Position numbers and translations under genes: made by a program. A DNA stretch of 63,800 nucleotides, filler included, from Collodictyon triciliatum (Eukaryota), in NCBI GenBank assembly GCA_043381765.1. It is 50 parts of 50 records of this genome, joined end to end, with 100 filler letters (N's around TTAATTAATTAA, not from the genome) between each part and the next. Parts side by side here need not be neighbours in the genome. Positions count along the whole stretch, not along the records: positions 52,436 to 53,610 come from JBHJMP010011978.1; positions 53,711 to 54,884 come from JBHJMP010011979.1; positions 54,985 to 56,159 come from JBHJMP010011980.1; positions 56,260 to 57,434 come from JBHJMP010011981.1; positions 57,535 to 58,708 come from JBHJMP010011982.1; positions 58,809 to 59,982 come from JBHJMP010011983.1; positions 60,083 to 61,255 come from JBHJMP010011984.1; positions 61,356 to 62,528 come from JBHJMP010011985.1; 42 more parts are not named here. One strand, given 5' to 3'. The number at the start of each line of letters is the position of its first letter. Position 1 is the first letter of the stretch. The notes below the pieces were generated by a model. The model did no database searches, had not been told where the DNA came from, and saw only the letters and a list, made by a program, of their open reading frames with translations. Shown here piece after piece: positions 53,439-63,800 of this stretch.

Positions 53439-54181
53439 AAAAAAAAAAAGAGAAAAAAGAGAAAAAAGAGAAAAAAGAGAAAAAAGAGAAAAAAGAGAAA
53501 AAAGAGAAAAAAGAGAAAAAAGAGAGAGAAAAAAGAGAGAAAAAAGAGAGAAAAAAGAGAGAAAAAAGAGAGAAAAAAGAGAGAAAAAAGAGAGAAAAAA
53601 GAGAGAAAAANNNNNNNNNNNNNNNNNNNNNNNNNNNNNNNNNNNNNNNNNNNNTTAATTAATTAANNNNNNNNNNNNNNNNNNNNNNNNNNNNNNNNNN
53701 NNNNNNNNNNAAAGAAAAAAAGAAAAAAAGAAAAAAAGAAAAAAAGAAAAAAAGAAAAAAAGAAAAAAAGAAAAAAAGAAAAAAAGAAAAAAAGAAAAAA
53801 AGAAAAGAATTCAAGGAAGGCCAATATATTGGGGTTTTGAAATCGGAATAGAAGCCCAGGAGATCCATTTCATCGAGAGGATTCGATGTGTTCGCCGAAT
53901 CATAGCACAAATCACTTTCAAAAAAGCGTATACCTGCGAGCTGTTTGGAAGCCACGTGTGCACATTGGGTCGAGCACGGCAGTAGCAATTATTTCTTCAT
54001 TCATACGACTGAAATAGAGGAAATGAAAATAGCTATACTGTTATATGGGCAAGATTTGCCTGGAGCCTCGTTCATCTATGCTTCCATCATTATTTTGCGG
54101 AAAGAGACTACAAGGAGCCACATCTACACAGTTCCAAAGCGCTCGACTTGTCGCAGTTGTTTATGCTTGGCTGATTGCTCT

Positions 54182-54427
54182 TCAGATCCGGCGAAAGCGG
54201 ACGGCATAGTGGCGTGTAGGCTCCTGCACTCCAACCAGGTGAAGGGGCGATGGGTCAGGCAGGGCTTGTACAGTCTCCCATTCGCACGAAGCCAGCATCA
54301 TACTGATGCAGACATACATCTCGTTCAAGGCAAACCATCTACCGGGACATTGAAACCGGCCACCACCGAAACCGATGAATCCCTCCAAGACTTTGCCTTT
54401 GTCCAGGTCTGCGGTTTCCCACCGGTC
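54182..54427 (-). CDS. Cytochrome P450 last exon, CYP39-like (clan 7)
   Basis: DRWETADLDKGKVLEGFIGFGGGRFQCPGRWFALNEM..LPDPSPLHLVGVQEP..RFRRI-TGA: heme motif FxxGxxxCxG plus an LHLVGV motif recalled from CYP39A1. Confidence 0.85.
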   Translation of the reverse strand, partial: DRWETADLDKGKVLEGFIGFGGGRFQCPGRWFALNEMYVCISMMLASCEWETVQALPDPSPLHLVGVQEPTRHYAVRFRRI

Positions 54428-54714
54428 CTTCATCATATCACATAACGGGGGAAATGAATGTATAATCATTAAAGAAAATCAAACTAATGGGAGATTGAAG
54501 GTCGATATCATAATTTTTTTTTTGTTGGAAAGTGGATTTAAATGGAAAGAAAAAAATGGGAATTATTTAAAGATCATCTAAAAGAACGAGTGTGGTTGGG
54601 TTATGGAGAAAAATGTACATGAAATAAAATCAATGGATTAAACAGGAAATATATTAAATGAATAAATAGATGAATAAATAAAAGAATAATTACATAAGTC
54701 AAATAATAAATCAA

Positions 54715-54884
54715 ATAATAAATCGAATAATAAATCGAATAATAAATCGAATAATAAATCGAATAATAAATCGAATAATAAATCAAATAATAAATCGAAT
54801 AATAAATCGAATAATAAATCGAATAATAAATCGAATAATAAATCGAATAATAAATCGAATAATAAATCGAATAATAAATCGAAT
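54715..54884. repeat. 12-bp tandem repeat (AATAAATCGAAT)n
   Basis: Direct inspection. Confidence 0.95.
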
Positions 54885-55741
54885 NNNNNNNNNNNNNNNN
54901 NNNNNNNNNNNNNNNNNNNNNNNNNNNNTTAATTAATTAANNNNNNNNNNNNNNNNNNNNNNNNNNNNNNNNNNNNNNNNNNNNGAAATCATTTGTAGTA
55001 TTTTTTATAGCGAAGGTTCAAAATACATGTTTTGTTTAATTGTTTGAATATATAAGGTCCTATTAAACATGATTATAAAGATTTCATGTGAAAAAGAAGG
55101 AGCCAAACCATGGTGGAATATATAATAAAGCCATCAGATGAACACAATGCACAGGAAATGAGAGCGACTAACTAGAGGACATCCAAAGGGAAGCGCAATG
55201 AGGCTAAAGTAATCGCCTGGAATAAACAAGGCTGAGTGCATAATACATATTGTTGTACGTAAAAAGGAAAAAATTGACCCGTAAAAATTGCATAAAAAGA
55301 AATCATAGGCACACAAAATTGAATAGACTAGTATTTTGAAAATGAAAAAAACATGTCTTATGTGCAGTCTTTACAGATACAATTTACGCCAATGAGAATG
55401 TGTATTGTTTTCTAGGTTATTGTTCCTCTTACAGCCCATATTGCAACACAATTGTCAGGAATGAAGGCGATGCTTTGTCTGTTCGAATAAAAGTAATCAT
55501 GTAACTGTTGTAAGCTAAAAAGAAAAGAAAAGAAAAGAAAAGAAAAGAAAAGAAAAGAAAAGAAAAGAAAAGAAAAGAAAAGAAAAGAAAATAATAGAAA
55601 AATAAAATAAAAGTTATGGTATTATCACCTCTATATTATATAGGTGATAATACCACAGGCGGCGGTTCAACCCTGCTTTTTCAACCCTTTATATACTGTC
55701 CTTTACCGGTTATTCATACCATATATGGAAGCGTGTGTGGT

Positions 55742-55829
55742 CTAGGGTTAGGGTTAGCCGTCCTAGGGTTAGCCGTCCTAGGGTTAGCCGTCCTAGGGTT
55801 AGGGTTAGCCGTCCAAGACTTAGCCGTCC
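55742..55829 (+). repeat. Telomere-like tandem repeat: 15-bp unit CTAGGGTTAGCCGTC with TTAGGG insertions (5 units)
   Basis: Units at 55742, 55763, 55778, 55793, 55814; two carry an extra TTAGGG and the last is degenerate. Confidence 0.9.
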
Positions 55830-57346
55830 ACTTCTACCCACTTGATCCTTTTCTATTCTTTCCTTACTCCTCTCAGTCTCATTATCAACGGATCAAGTCC
55901 CGGACATCCTTACTAGTCCAAGTATAAAAATAAACTATTCATACCGACCTTACCCCTTTTTTTTTAAAAAAGGCCGAAGGTCCAGAAATTTAAAAAGTTT
56001 CAAAAGGACTTGATCCCTTGGTACTTGATCCCTTTATCTAAACCTGAGTTCCCTACCGTAAAAAACTTAAGTAATTGCTGTATTAAAGACTTTGCGTTAT
56101 AGATACTTAACAATTATATTGACTGGAATATGCCGCCCCGAAAATTTTCTAAGTCCGCGNNNNNNNNNNNNNNNNNNNNNNNNNNNNNNNNNNNNNNNNN
56201 NNNTTAATTAATTAANNNNNNNNNNNNNNNNNNNNNNNNNNNNNNNNNNNNNNNNNNNNAAGAATAAAGAGAAGAATAAAGAGAAGAATAAAGAGAAGAA
56301 TAAAGAGAAGAATAAAGAGAAGAATAAAGAGAAGAATAAAGAGAAGAATAAAGAGAAGAATAAAGAGAAGAAAAAAGCTCACAGTAATATTCAAGATAAT
56401 TTTTTTTTTACATGGGGAGTTTTATTATTATTTTATTCTTGATTTGTGCAAATGTGTCATACCCTACTTATAGAGTACTGCAAGCCTTTCAAAGCACTTA
56501 TAATAATTATCTGTAAAATAATTTTTTGTCACTAATTTATATCAAATCCTATGAAGTATATTAATCGTTACAATTATTTAAATGGAAAATACTTACTTTT
56601 CCTTGTTTTTCTTCAGCCATTAAAATACTTGCAAATGAAGAGCAAACTCCTGGAAAGAAAAAGGCTGCTCTGTCCATGTTTGATGCCAAGTAATCGATGA
56701 TACTTTTGATACATGCAATGGCTGAAATTCGCACGGGCCTGCCAAACCAGACTTTGGGCGTAAATAAGAGTGTAAGGCCACAAAATGATTGATATTATTA
56801 GGTTACCTTCCCAAATTGTGAGACTTTGCCAGGTCAAATAGAGAGGATGTGGCGTACCCCAATAGTGTGACCCATTTTTCTGAATCTAAGGGATACTGAT
56901 GATCGTAATTTTTAAATTGTCTGTAAGTTTTTCCTCAGATAGTATTCTTTCAACATCAAAATTCAAGGCGATATAGACTCCTTAAGATGAGTCAGCATGA
57001 AATAAAAAGAAGAAATCAATCACCTGCGATTGGATGGCACTTTGGATGCAAGATTGAAAGGCCTGTATTGATTGTAACCATAGTTCTTCCATCGAAGAAA
57101 GGTCTCTTTCATTGGTAGATCTTAGTTGCTCATACCGCTCAGATGGGTCTGGAAAACGCAGAACAATTTGCTGGCAAAATTCACCGATGCTCTCGCTCGG
57201 AATAAGATACCCCGATTCACACCCGGCAACGATGCATTTCATAGTTAACTCAGACTGAATAGTACAATATTACAACATAGAGTATTAATTTGCAGCCGAT
57301 AGAAGGAGGATGACACATGATTGATTATCAGACAACGAATTAGAAC

Positions 57347-57434
<88 letters not shown>

Positions 57435-58810
57435 NNNNNNNNNNNNNNNNNNNNNNNNNNNNNNNNNNNNNNNNNNNNTTAATTAATTAANNNNNNNNNN
57501 NNNNNNNNNNNNNNNNNNNNNNNNNNNNNNNNNNTTTGACTTTCTGTGCTACTTATTCCTTTTTTCTCCTTATTTACAATCTGTGGTTACGAGACTATAA
57601 TATTTGCGTTCCTTGACATGATCATTTCAATACATGATTGCAGGCAGAGACTTTGCCCAGGTAATCTGCTTGTGCAAGAACTGTTGTATATGGCTTATTT
57701 TTAGCTAATTTCTGCATATTATTTCATATGATTGATGTTCATGACGATTTAGCTCTATTTACATCCAATAATTCTCAGATGGAGTCACGATCTTGAATGA
57801 ATTATTATTGTAGTTGCATCTTTGTCTCTAATATCAGAGCGCCATAAATTTTATATTTTTGGCTTGAAAATAAGGACAGTCTGTTTAATAGAACAATCCT
57901 CTTAATACTTTATTTTTTGGTTGACTGGTTTCTATTTATTTATTTTTAATAGTGATATTGCACCTCTAGACTACGATACAATTCAACTCTTTACTTCATC
58001 CATACATTAATTTATCACCTAATAATATAGAATTAATTAATCAGCAATTATTAAATCAACTATCGCAAAGATAGAATTTTTTTACTACAAATATGATACC
58101 TTGTTATAAGAAAGCCCGCCGCCCAAAATTTTATCCATTCTGTGGAACCATTGCATCAAAGTATTACACTGTCTCATCAAACTTGTCGGCAATCAACTGG
58201 ATGAGAATAGTATTTTGAGTGTTGGAAAATATAACATCAAATGGGAAAGGCGCGTAATAAGACTGTGAGTGTAATAGAGTATATCGATCAAAAGAATTAA
58301 AATGTGATTCTGAATTTCCGAAATTTAAACCACAAAGATAAGACCTTGCCTTGTTGCCCAGATAAAAAGCGCCAAACTTCACATATAGAAGCATTGTAAT
58401 GATACCGCAAATTCTGCAAAAATGACCTTAGACATTGAGGAAGTATGACACATCAAATACGGACTCAGTCATAAACAACATGAAAAGGTGGAAGTACTCT
58501 CAAGTGTTGTAAGAGGCGAATGTGTCTATGATGAACAAAGATGTTAACCACGTATGCGCATGCCCAGTAAAGTAAACAAGAACTGAAAAAATTGAACGAG
58601 AGGCAATATATCTTATTGAAAATATTCAAAGAATAAAAAAGTATGAATCATATAGTGTGTCAAAGTACACCAGTAAAAAACAAGCCATACATAAATTTTT
58701 CATTTGGANNNNNNNNNNNNNNNNNNNNNNNNNNNNNNNNNNNNNNNNNNNNTTAATTAATTAANNNNNNNNNNNNNNNNNNNNNNNNNNNNNNNNNNNN
58801 NNNNNNNNTA

Positions 58811-59982
58811 ACTGAACAACAACGACTAGAACAACTGAAACATGTGATCAATAGTGTGATAACAAATACCAACACTGACATTAAATCATGTGGATTGGGA
58901 ACACTGCGCCACATATTGTTTATAAACATATCTACGGAGATGCAAGAAGAGTTTGATGTTGAGGTACATGAAAGACGATTTAGGTATACTTACAAATACA
59001 TAAAGGAGGTCTTTGATCGCAATCATTTTCAGATGAATGGGCGTATAACTAGGATTGATGAGGATGGTGGATTATACACATATAGTCACACGGATGCTGC
59101 AGCTGCATATGCGCATCTCAATTGGTCAACTGCAAAAGGAACAGTATTTAGATTCTTGACTAAATACGAAGAAGACGAAGACAAGAGACTAATTAAAAAA
59201 CTGATTATGAGACCAGATTTGCCAAGAGAACTTGATCCGACCCTTTACCCGTATACATACAACACGTTTGTTGGCTACCACATTCAAAAATACGGGGACA
59301 TCAATGTGCCGATGGATGATCATACTGCGGACACTTTTTTGAAACATAACATTTTCTTACGTGTGATATGGATTCAGTTATGTAACGAAGATCAAGAAGC
59401 ATTTAAATATGTCATTCAGTGGTTTGCTCATTTGTTGTTTGCTCCTCACGCAATGGACCGATTCCATACGTGCCTCTTCTTTCACTCTGAGACAGAAGGC
59501 GTTGGTAAGTCATACATTTTGTACGACCTATTACTAGAAAATATCATTGGGGATCAATATGGAATTAAGACAAGCAAGATGAGCGAAATCTTTGGCACAT
59601 TTAATGACGCCGCCGAGAACAAGTTATACGTGTTATTGGAAGAAGGCCAACGCAAGGACGCAAGCCAGCATACTGATGTCATGAAAGACAACTTGGTGGC
59701 AAAGAAAATTGTGATACACAAGAAGGGCTTGAATAAGTATCAGATGCAAAATATGATGCATGTGTGTTGTGCGAGTAATAATGATAATGTCTTTGATGTC
59801 CCAGATTCCAATCGTAGATTTGCTGTGATTCAATGTAAAGAGAGCAAACTATCTATAGAGCATCAGCAGGAACTAAAAGTTGCCTTACAAGACAAGAACA
59901 CCGTCGTTGATTTTTGTAGATTTCTGAAATGGATGTATGATGATACCTGGAACAGTGAAACATATATCTTAGAGCATCAAGG
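58811..59982 (+). CDS. D5-like primase-helicase, superfamily 3 helicase domain (virus or Polinton-like), intronless fragment
   Basis: Frame open across the contig. YNTFVGY; FKYVIQWFAHLL; Walker A SETEGVGKS; FGTFN..ENKLYVLLEEG (Walker B); IHKKG; CASNN (motif C); DSNRRF (Arg finger). Confidence 0.9.
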
Positions 59983-60082
59983 NNNNNNNNNNNNNNNNNN
60001 NNNNNNNNNNNNNNNNNNNNNNNNNNTTAATTAATTAANNNNNNNNNNNNNNNNNNNNNNNNNNNNNNNNNNNNNNNNNNNN

Positions 60083-60616
60083 CGTCCTGGTTTACAAGTT
60101 CGAAAGGACCTCCAATTTCAGCTGTTCCGACTTTCCGATTCATTTTTGCTATACTCATCAACATTCATCACATGTCCAATTTATGGAAATAAAGGTATTG
60201 TTTTCTATTGTTAAAATAGCATCTTGAACGATGTTTGTAAGAATGATAGTGGCCTTTCATATTGACTTCTTAACTGCCCATATGTGATTTTGAATGAGCT
60301 ATAGCCTCAATACCTTCATGCTCCAACTCTTTAATCTGCTTTGCAGTGGCAAAATAGGCGTAGGTAAGTCCTCCAATAATAGTGGCAAGGCCGAGGGATT
60401 TCCACGTTACAGGCTGGTTGTTTGAGGCGAGGTTGTAAATAAAAACGAATAAATGAGCACACAAATAAATAAAAACAAGCACATATAACTTGGAGAGATA
60501 TATGAGTGAAAAAAGGTATGGGTAATGATAAAAGGAATACTTACAGATGTAGGTGGCTTTGTACTCATAAAGCGAATACCTAGAGAGCTTGTTTGGGGAA
60601 TGCGGGGCGGTTGCAA
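60083..60616 (-). CDS. SCO1: Mitochondrial copper chaperone SCO1/SCO2, 5' exons
   Basis: Exons PVTWKSLGLATIIGGLTYAYF (TM segment) and RKVGTAEIGGPFELVNQD (Sco GGPF motif). Start not defined. Confidence 0.88.
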
Positions 60617-61355
60617 TGTGGGTTTTAACTAAATATTTGATAAAAGTCTATTACAGAAGAAAAAAAGGTACATACGAAAAGAAATGATGTAAGCTGCTTT
60701 TATAGTATTGAACAAGGTTATCTCTTCTCATATTAAAAAAATGAATAAGTATATGACATTCTATTACAGAACAACTTTTAAAAGTAAATAAGTAGGTAAA
60801 TAAATCAATAAATAAATGAAAAGATGAAAGAAATGGTTCAAAAATAAATCAATCAATAAATCAATAAATAAATCAATAAATGAATCAATAAATGAATCAA
60901 TAAATAAATGAAAAGATTAAAGAAATTGTTCATAAATAAATCAAGTCACAAAGTCTATGCGATCTGGTTAGTTATTTTTTAAAAGTGGAAGTATCTTTCA
61001 GTCGTGAATGCTTCTCTTACGTGACTCGGGCGCACTTGGAAGGCAAATGATCGAGTCAGCGCGGTAGTGTGGCGGCAGGCAGACAAAAGAAGCGGGCGGA
61101 ACATCAGAGGTAAGCAGGTGGGCTGCAGACGAATATTTTATACGGTGAACTCCGATCTTGGGCAAGCTGAGAAAAAGTGTCGGCTTCGTTTTCATGCGTC
61201 TTTTTTTTTTTGTGTGTGTTTTTTGTGTGTTTTTTGTGTGTTTTTTGTGTGTTTTNNNNNNNNNNNNNNNNNNNNNNNNNNNNNNNNNNNNNNNNNNNNT
61301 TAATTAATTAANNNNNNNNNNNNNNNNNNNNNNNNNNNNNNNNNNNNNNNNNNNN

Positions 61356-61665
61356 TGTGGGTAGACTCTGTCACTTTTTGAGCAAGAGAGCACTTCACAA
61401 ATGTGTGTTCGATAGAGTCATCTCCACTATGGCACATGGTGCATTCTGGAGAGGTCGTTGCTGCATGGACTACGCGCACACCTATCCACAGCTCTCTGTT
61501 GAAGATATTGAGCAGTAGGGCGCGGTGTTTCGGGAGTAGCTGGTGTATGTGATATGGTTTCCTCTTCGGTTGTAACATTATTTCATGACCTTTCGTGTGG
61601 CCCAAATCGTTAAATCTGGTTCTTATGATTCGTTTAAGCCTGCTTAGGATGTGACCAGCCACTAA
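61356..61665 (-). mobile_element. L1/Tx1-type LINE ORF2 fragment with zf-RVT zinc finger
   Basis: LLPKHRALLLNIFNREL..SPECTMCHSGDDSIEHTFVKCSLAQKV fits CxxC..ExxxHxFxxC. Confidence 0.85.
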
Positions 61666-62064
61666 TTTCGATTACCTGAAATGACCTTGTGACTGTTACA
61701 AGTTCGTATATTTCTGGTCTACTATGAAAACAACTAGCAGTAGTATATGGTGGCGAGGTGATTATGATTATGATTGATTTATTATTATTATTATTTTTTT
61801 TTAAAAAAAACATATTAAGTACAAACTTGATGGACTATGAAACTAGGTGAAGATGAACAGGCTTTGAGAGAAATCAAAGAAATGATGAAAATGGCATAAG
61901 TGCGTAAATTGCATTAGCAAAATGATAAGGAATCAAACAACTTGTTGGAGAGAATGAAAATAGGATAATGATATTGATTCACAAATAGCATATGTATTCT
62001 TGTAGCTATCATTTGACTTCTAGGTTTGAATCAGGTATGGAGGAGGGCTAATGTGGGTTTGTTT

Positions 62065-62434
62065 TTATGACATTGAGGAAACGAAGGATGCGTTCACAGA
62101 CGACCTGGCGATGGTAGGGGTCTGCGCATTTGCTCCTTGTGATTGCGATGAGACGGAGCCCGACGTTGATGTTATGGCCGAGTCAGTGGAGAACTTAAGC
62201 TTCAGATGCTTCTGTAGCTGGGAGGTGAATTGCTCCGACTCAATTGGGTCGTTGAGTTTGTAGAGGGGGTTTTTAATAACGTACTCTACAAAGATATTGC
62301 TGTAGATGAATCGGAGCTCATCCAAAAGATTGTCAGTATTCGGGTCAGTCACCATCAGGAATTTGAATCGGGTAGGAGTTTCAAAGCTGTGAAGGCGGTA
62401 TGTACTCGTTGTAAAGTTATTCAACATCGCCGTT
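62065..62434 (-). CDS. TRAPPC1: TRAPP complex subunit 1 (BET5, sybindin family), last exon
   Basis: FTTSTYRLHSFETPTRFKFLMVTDP..LRFIYSNIFVEYVIKNPLY..IESEQF, followed by a Ser-rich tail and TAA. Confidence 0.85.
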
Positions 62435-62453
62435 CTTGAGGTTCATGGATATG

Positions 62454-62509
<56 letters not shown>

Positions 62510-62850
62510 AACAAAAAAAAAAAAATAANNNNNNNNNNNNNNNNNNNNNNNNNNNNNNNNNNNNNNNNNNNNTTAATTAATTAANNNNNNNNNNNNNNNN
62601 NNNNNNNNNNNNNNNNNNNNNNNNNNNNTTTTTCTTTTTTCTTTTTTCTTTTTTCTTTTTTCTTTTTTCTTTTTTCTTTTTTCTTTTTTCTTTTTTCTTT
62701 TTTCTTTTTCTTTTTCTTTTTCTTTTTTTCTTTTTCTTTTTTTATCATGATTTTGCGTGCGATTTTGGTGGCAAGCGGATAAAGCTGAAATGGTTTGTTA
62801 GGAGACCTAGTATATATTCCCAATACTAGAAGGGATGTTCTTTTCTTACC

Positions 62851-63125
62851 GGATTATTGCAAAGGTCCAACAATGAGAGTCCTATCATCACGGATATATG
62901 CTCAGGCAAGGTAGATATCATATTATTCCCTATGCGAAGCTCCCTGAGAAGGCTAAATGTACATATTCTCAGCGGAAAAGCAGTAAGACTTTTGAAGCTA
63001 GCATTCAGTTCTGTGCAGGCCGCCATAGGTTTATCGTGTGGATGGTAGGAAAAAGTCAGCTGCGTCAGATCGTCATCGGGTAAGTCTTGCTCAGTTGTCT
63101 GAAAATCAAGGCTTGGTAGCGCCAT
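62851..63125 (-). CDS. LRR protein, first exon
   Basis: MALPS..LTAFPLRICTFSLLRELRIGNNMISTLPEHISVMIGLSLLDLCNNP, then a GTAAG donor. Confidence 0.8.
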
Positions 63126-63333
63126 TCAAACTACAGCATAGAAAATATTGATTTTATGACAGAAGGGACATGCAGTCGTACGACTTGCTAGAGAACCAAG
63201 AACTGGGCGTCCGGTCATCAGGAATCAGCACAGGCTTACGATCACCTGTCAAACACCGCCGAGACGGAACCCAATCAATTAGCAAAATAGCAAATCAGGC
63301 GCTATGGGTCGCTAAACTGCTATCGCGAACACA

Positions 63334-63456
63334 GACCAGAAGGGGCATATCATTCTTTCGACTGGCAAACCTGGTGCGCTAGTATCCAAGGTCTCACCAC
63401 TTTTTCACAAAGATTGTGTAGTGGTGAAGGGTGCCAGGATAGACCCAATAGCCTAT
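63334..63456 (-). ncRNA. Candidate Fanzor omega/fRNA scaffold, copy D
   Basis: Homolog of 52957-53080; 25-nt identical core at 63372-63396; stem TCACCACT/AGTGGTGA with inner CACAA/TTGTG. Confidence 0.65.
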
Positions 63457-63459
63457 TTT

Positions 63460-63716
63460 TTTTAAAAGATAAGTGTGTGCATATTTTGAAGGGGATAAAA
63501 GCTTTTTCTTGAGAATATTATTAGCGCTGTTAAAGTCCCTTCTCGAAAATACACTTTCTTTGCTTTCGAGCGATTGCATTATTTACATATGAGACATCCA
63601 TGCATCTTTTTTGAATCTCCTTTCAGTTTCATATATTCCAATTCTTTTTCGCAGTTGCAGCACACATTGGAGGTTCTAAATTCATCTACACTAACTGTTT
63701 CAAAACGTTTGGGTAG
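63460..63716 (-). pseudogene. Fanzor element copy D: C-terminal fragment with in-frame stop and frameshift
   Basis: PKRFETVSVDEFRTSNVCCNCEKELEYMKLKGDSKKMHGCLICK*CNRS / ESKESVFSRRDFNSANNILKK; the RuvC-II Glu and RuvC-III Asp codons are retained. Confidence 0.92.
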
Positions 63717-63800
63717 TTTTTTTTTTTTTTTTTTTTTCTTCCTTTCAATTTTGTGCGGGATGGTGAAGATGTTGGCTTTGTTTTGTTATTCTTCGTTTGT

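Noticed and set aside
58811-63800. Operon-like clustering of D5 helicase, LINE, LRR and Fanzor
   Set aside because: They lie on separate size-sorted contigs. Only the LRR exon and Fanzor copy D share a contig, which is consistent with a chance insertion.

Overview
This is not one genomic locus. It is a pseudo-scaffold of about 50 unrelated short contigs (~1.17-1.18 kb each, in descending size order) joined by artificial 100-nt linkers (N44-TTAATTAATTAA-N44). The DNA comes from an AT-rich, intron-containing, microsatellite-rich microbial eukaryote using the standard genetic code. Recognisable host gene fragments: alpha-tubulin, MCM5, AARSD1/AlaX, SCO1, TRAPPC1/BET5, Raptor-like, CTD small phosphatase, PX-domain, HMG-box, TPR, CHTOP-like, two DUF4062 proteins, two LRR proteins, a CYP710/CYP61-type sterol C22-desaturase and a CYP39-like P450. 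The main discovery is a multi-copy Fanzor (eukaryotic TnpB-like, RNA-guided RuvC nuclease) family, seen as four decayed fragments on four contigs: two 5' parts (5186-5558, 49886-51060) and two 3' parts (52957-53438, 63334-63716). The 3' copies share a ~100-125 nt non-coding segment just after the ORF that folds, by eye, into four stems with a GAAA loop and a possible pseudoknot, a candidate omega/fRNA scaffold. Other mobile or foreign DNA: L1/Tx1-type LINE fragments, a 3-copy dispersed repeat resembling a LINE 3' end with a C-terminal PIP box, an intronless virus-like D5/SF3 helicase, an intronless Ulp1 protease ORF, a gag-like coiled-coil ORF and a TTAGGG-containing element end. All family calls come from motif recognition by eye; no database search was run. 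Adjacency across linkers has no biological meaning.
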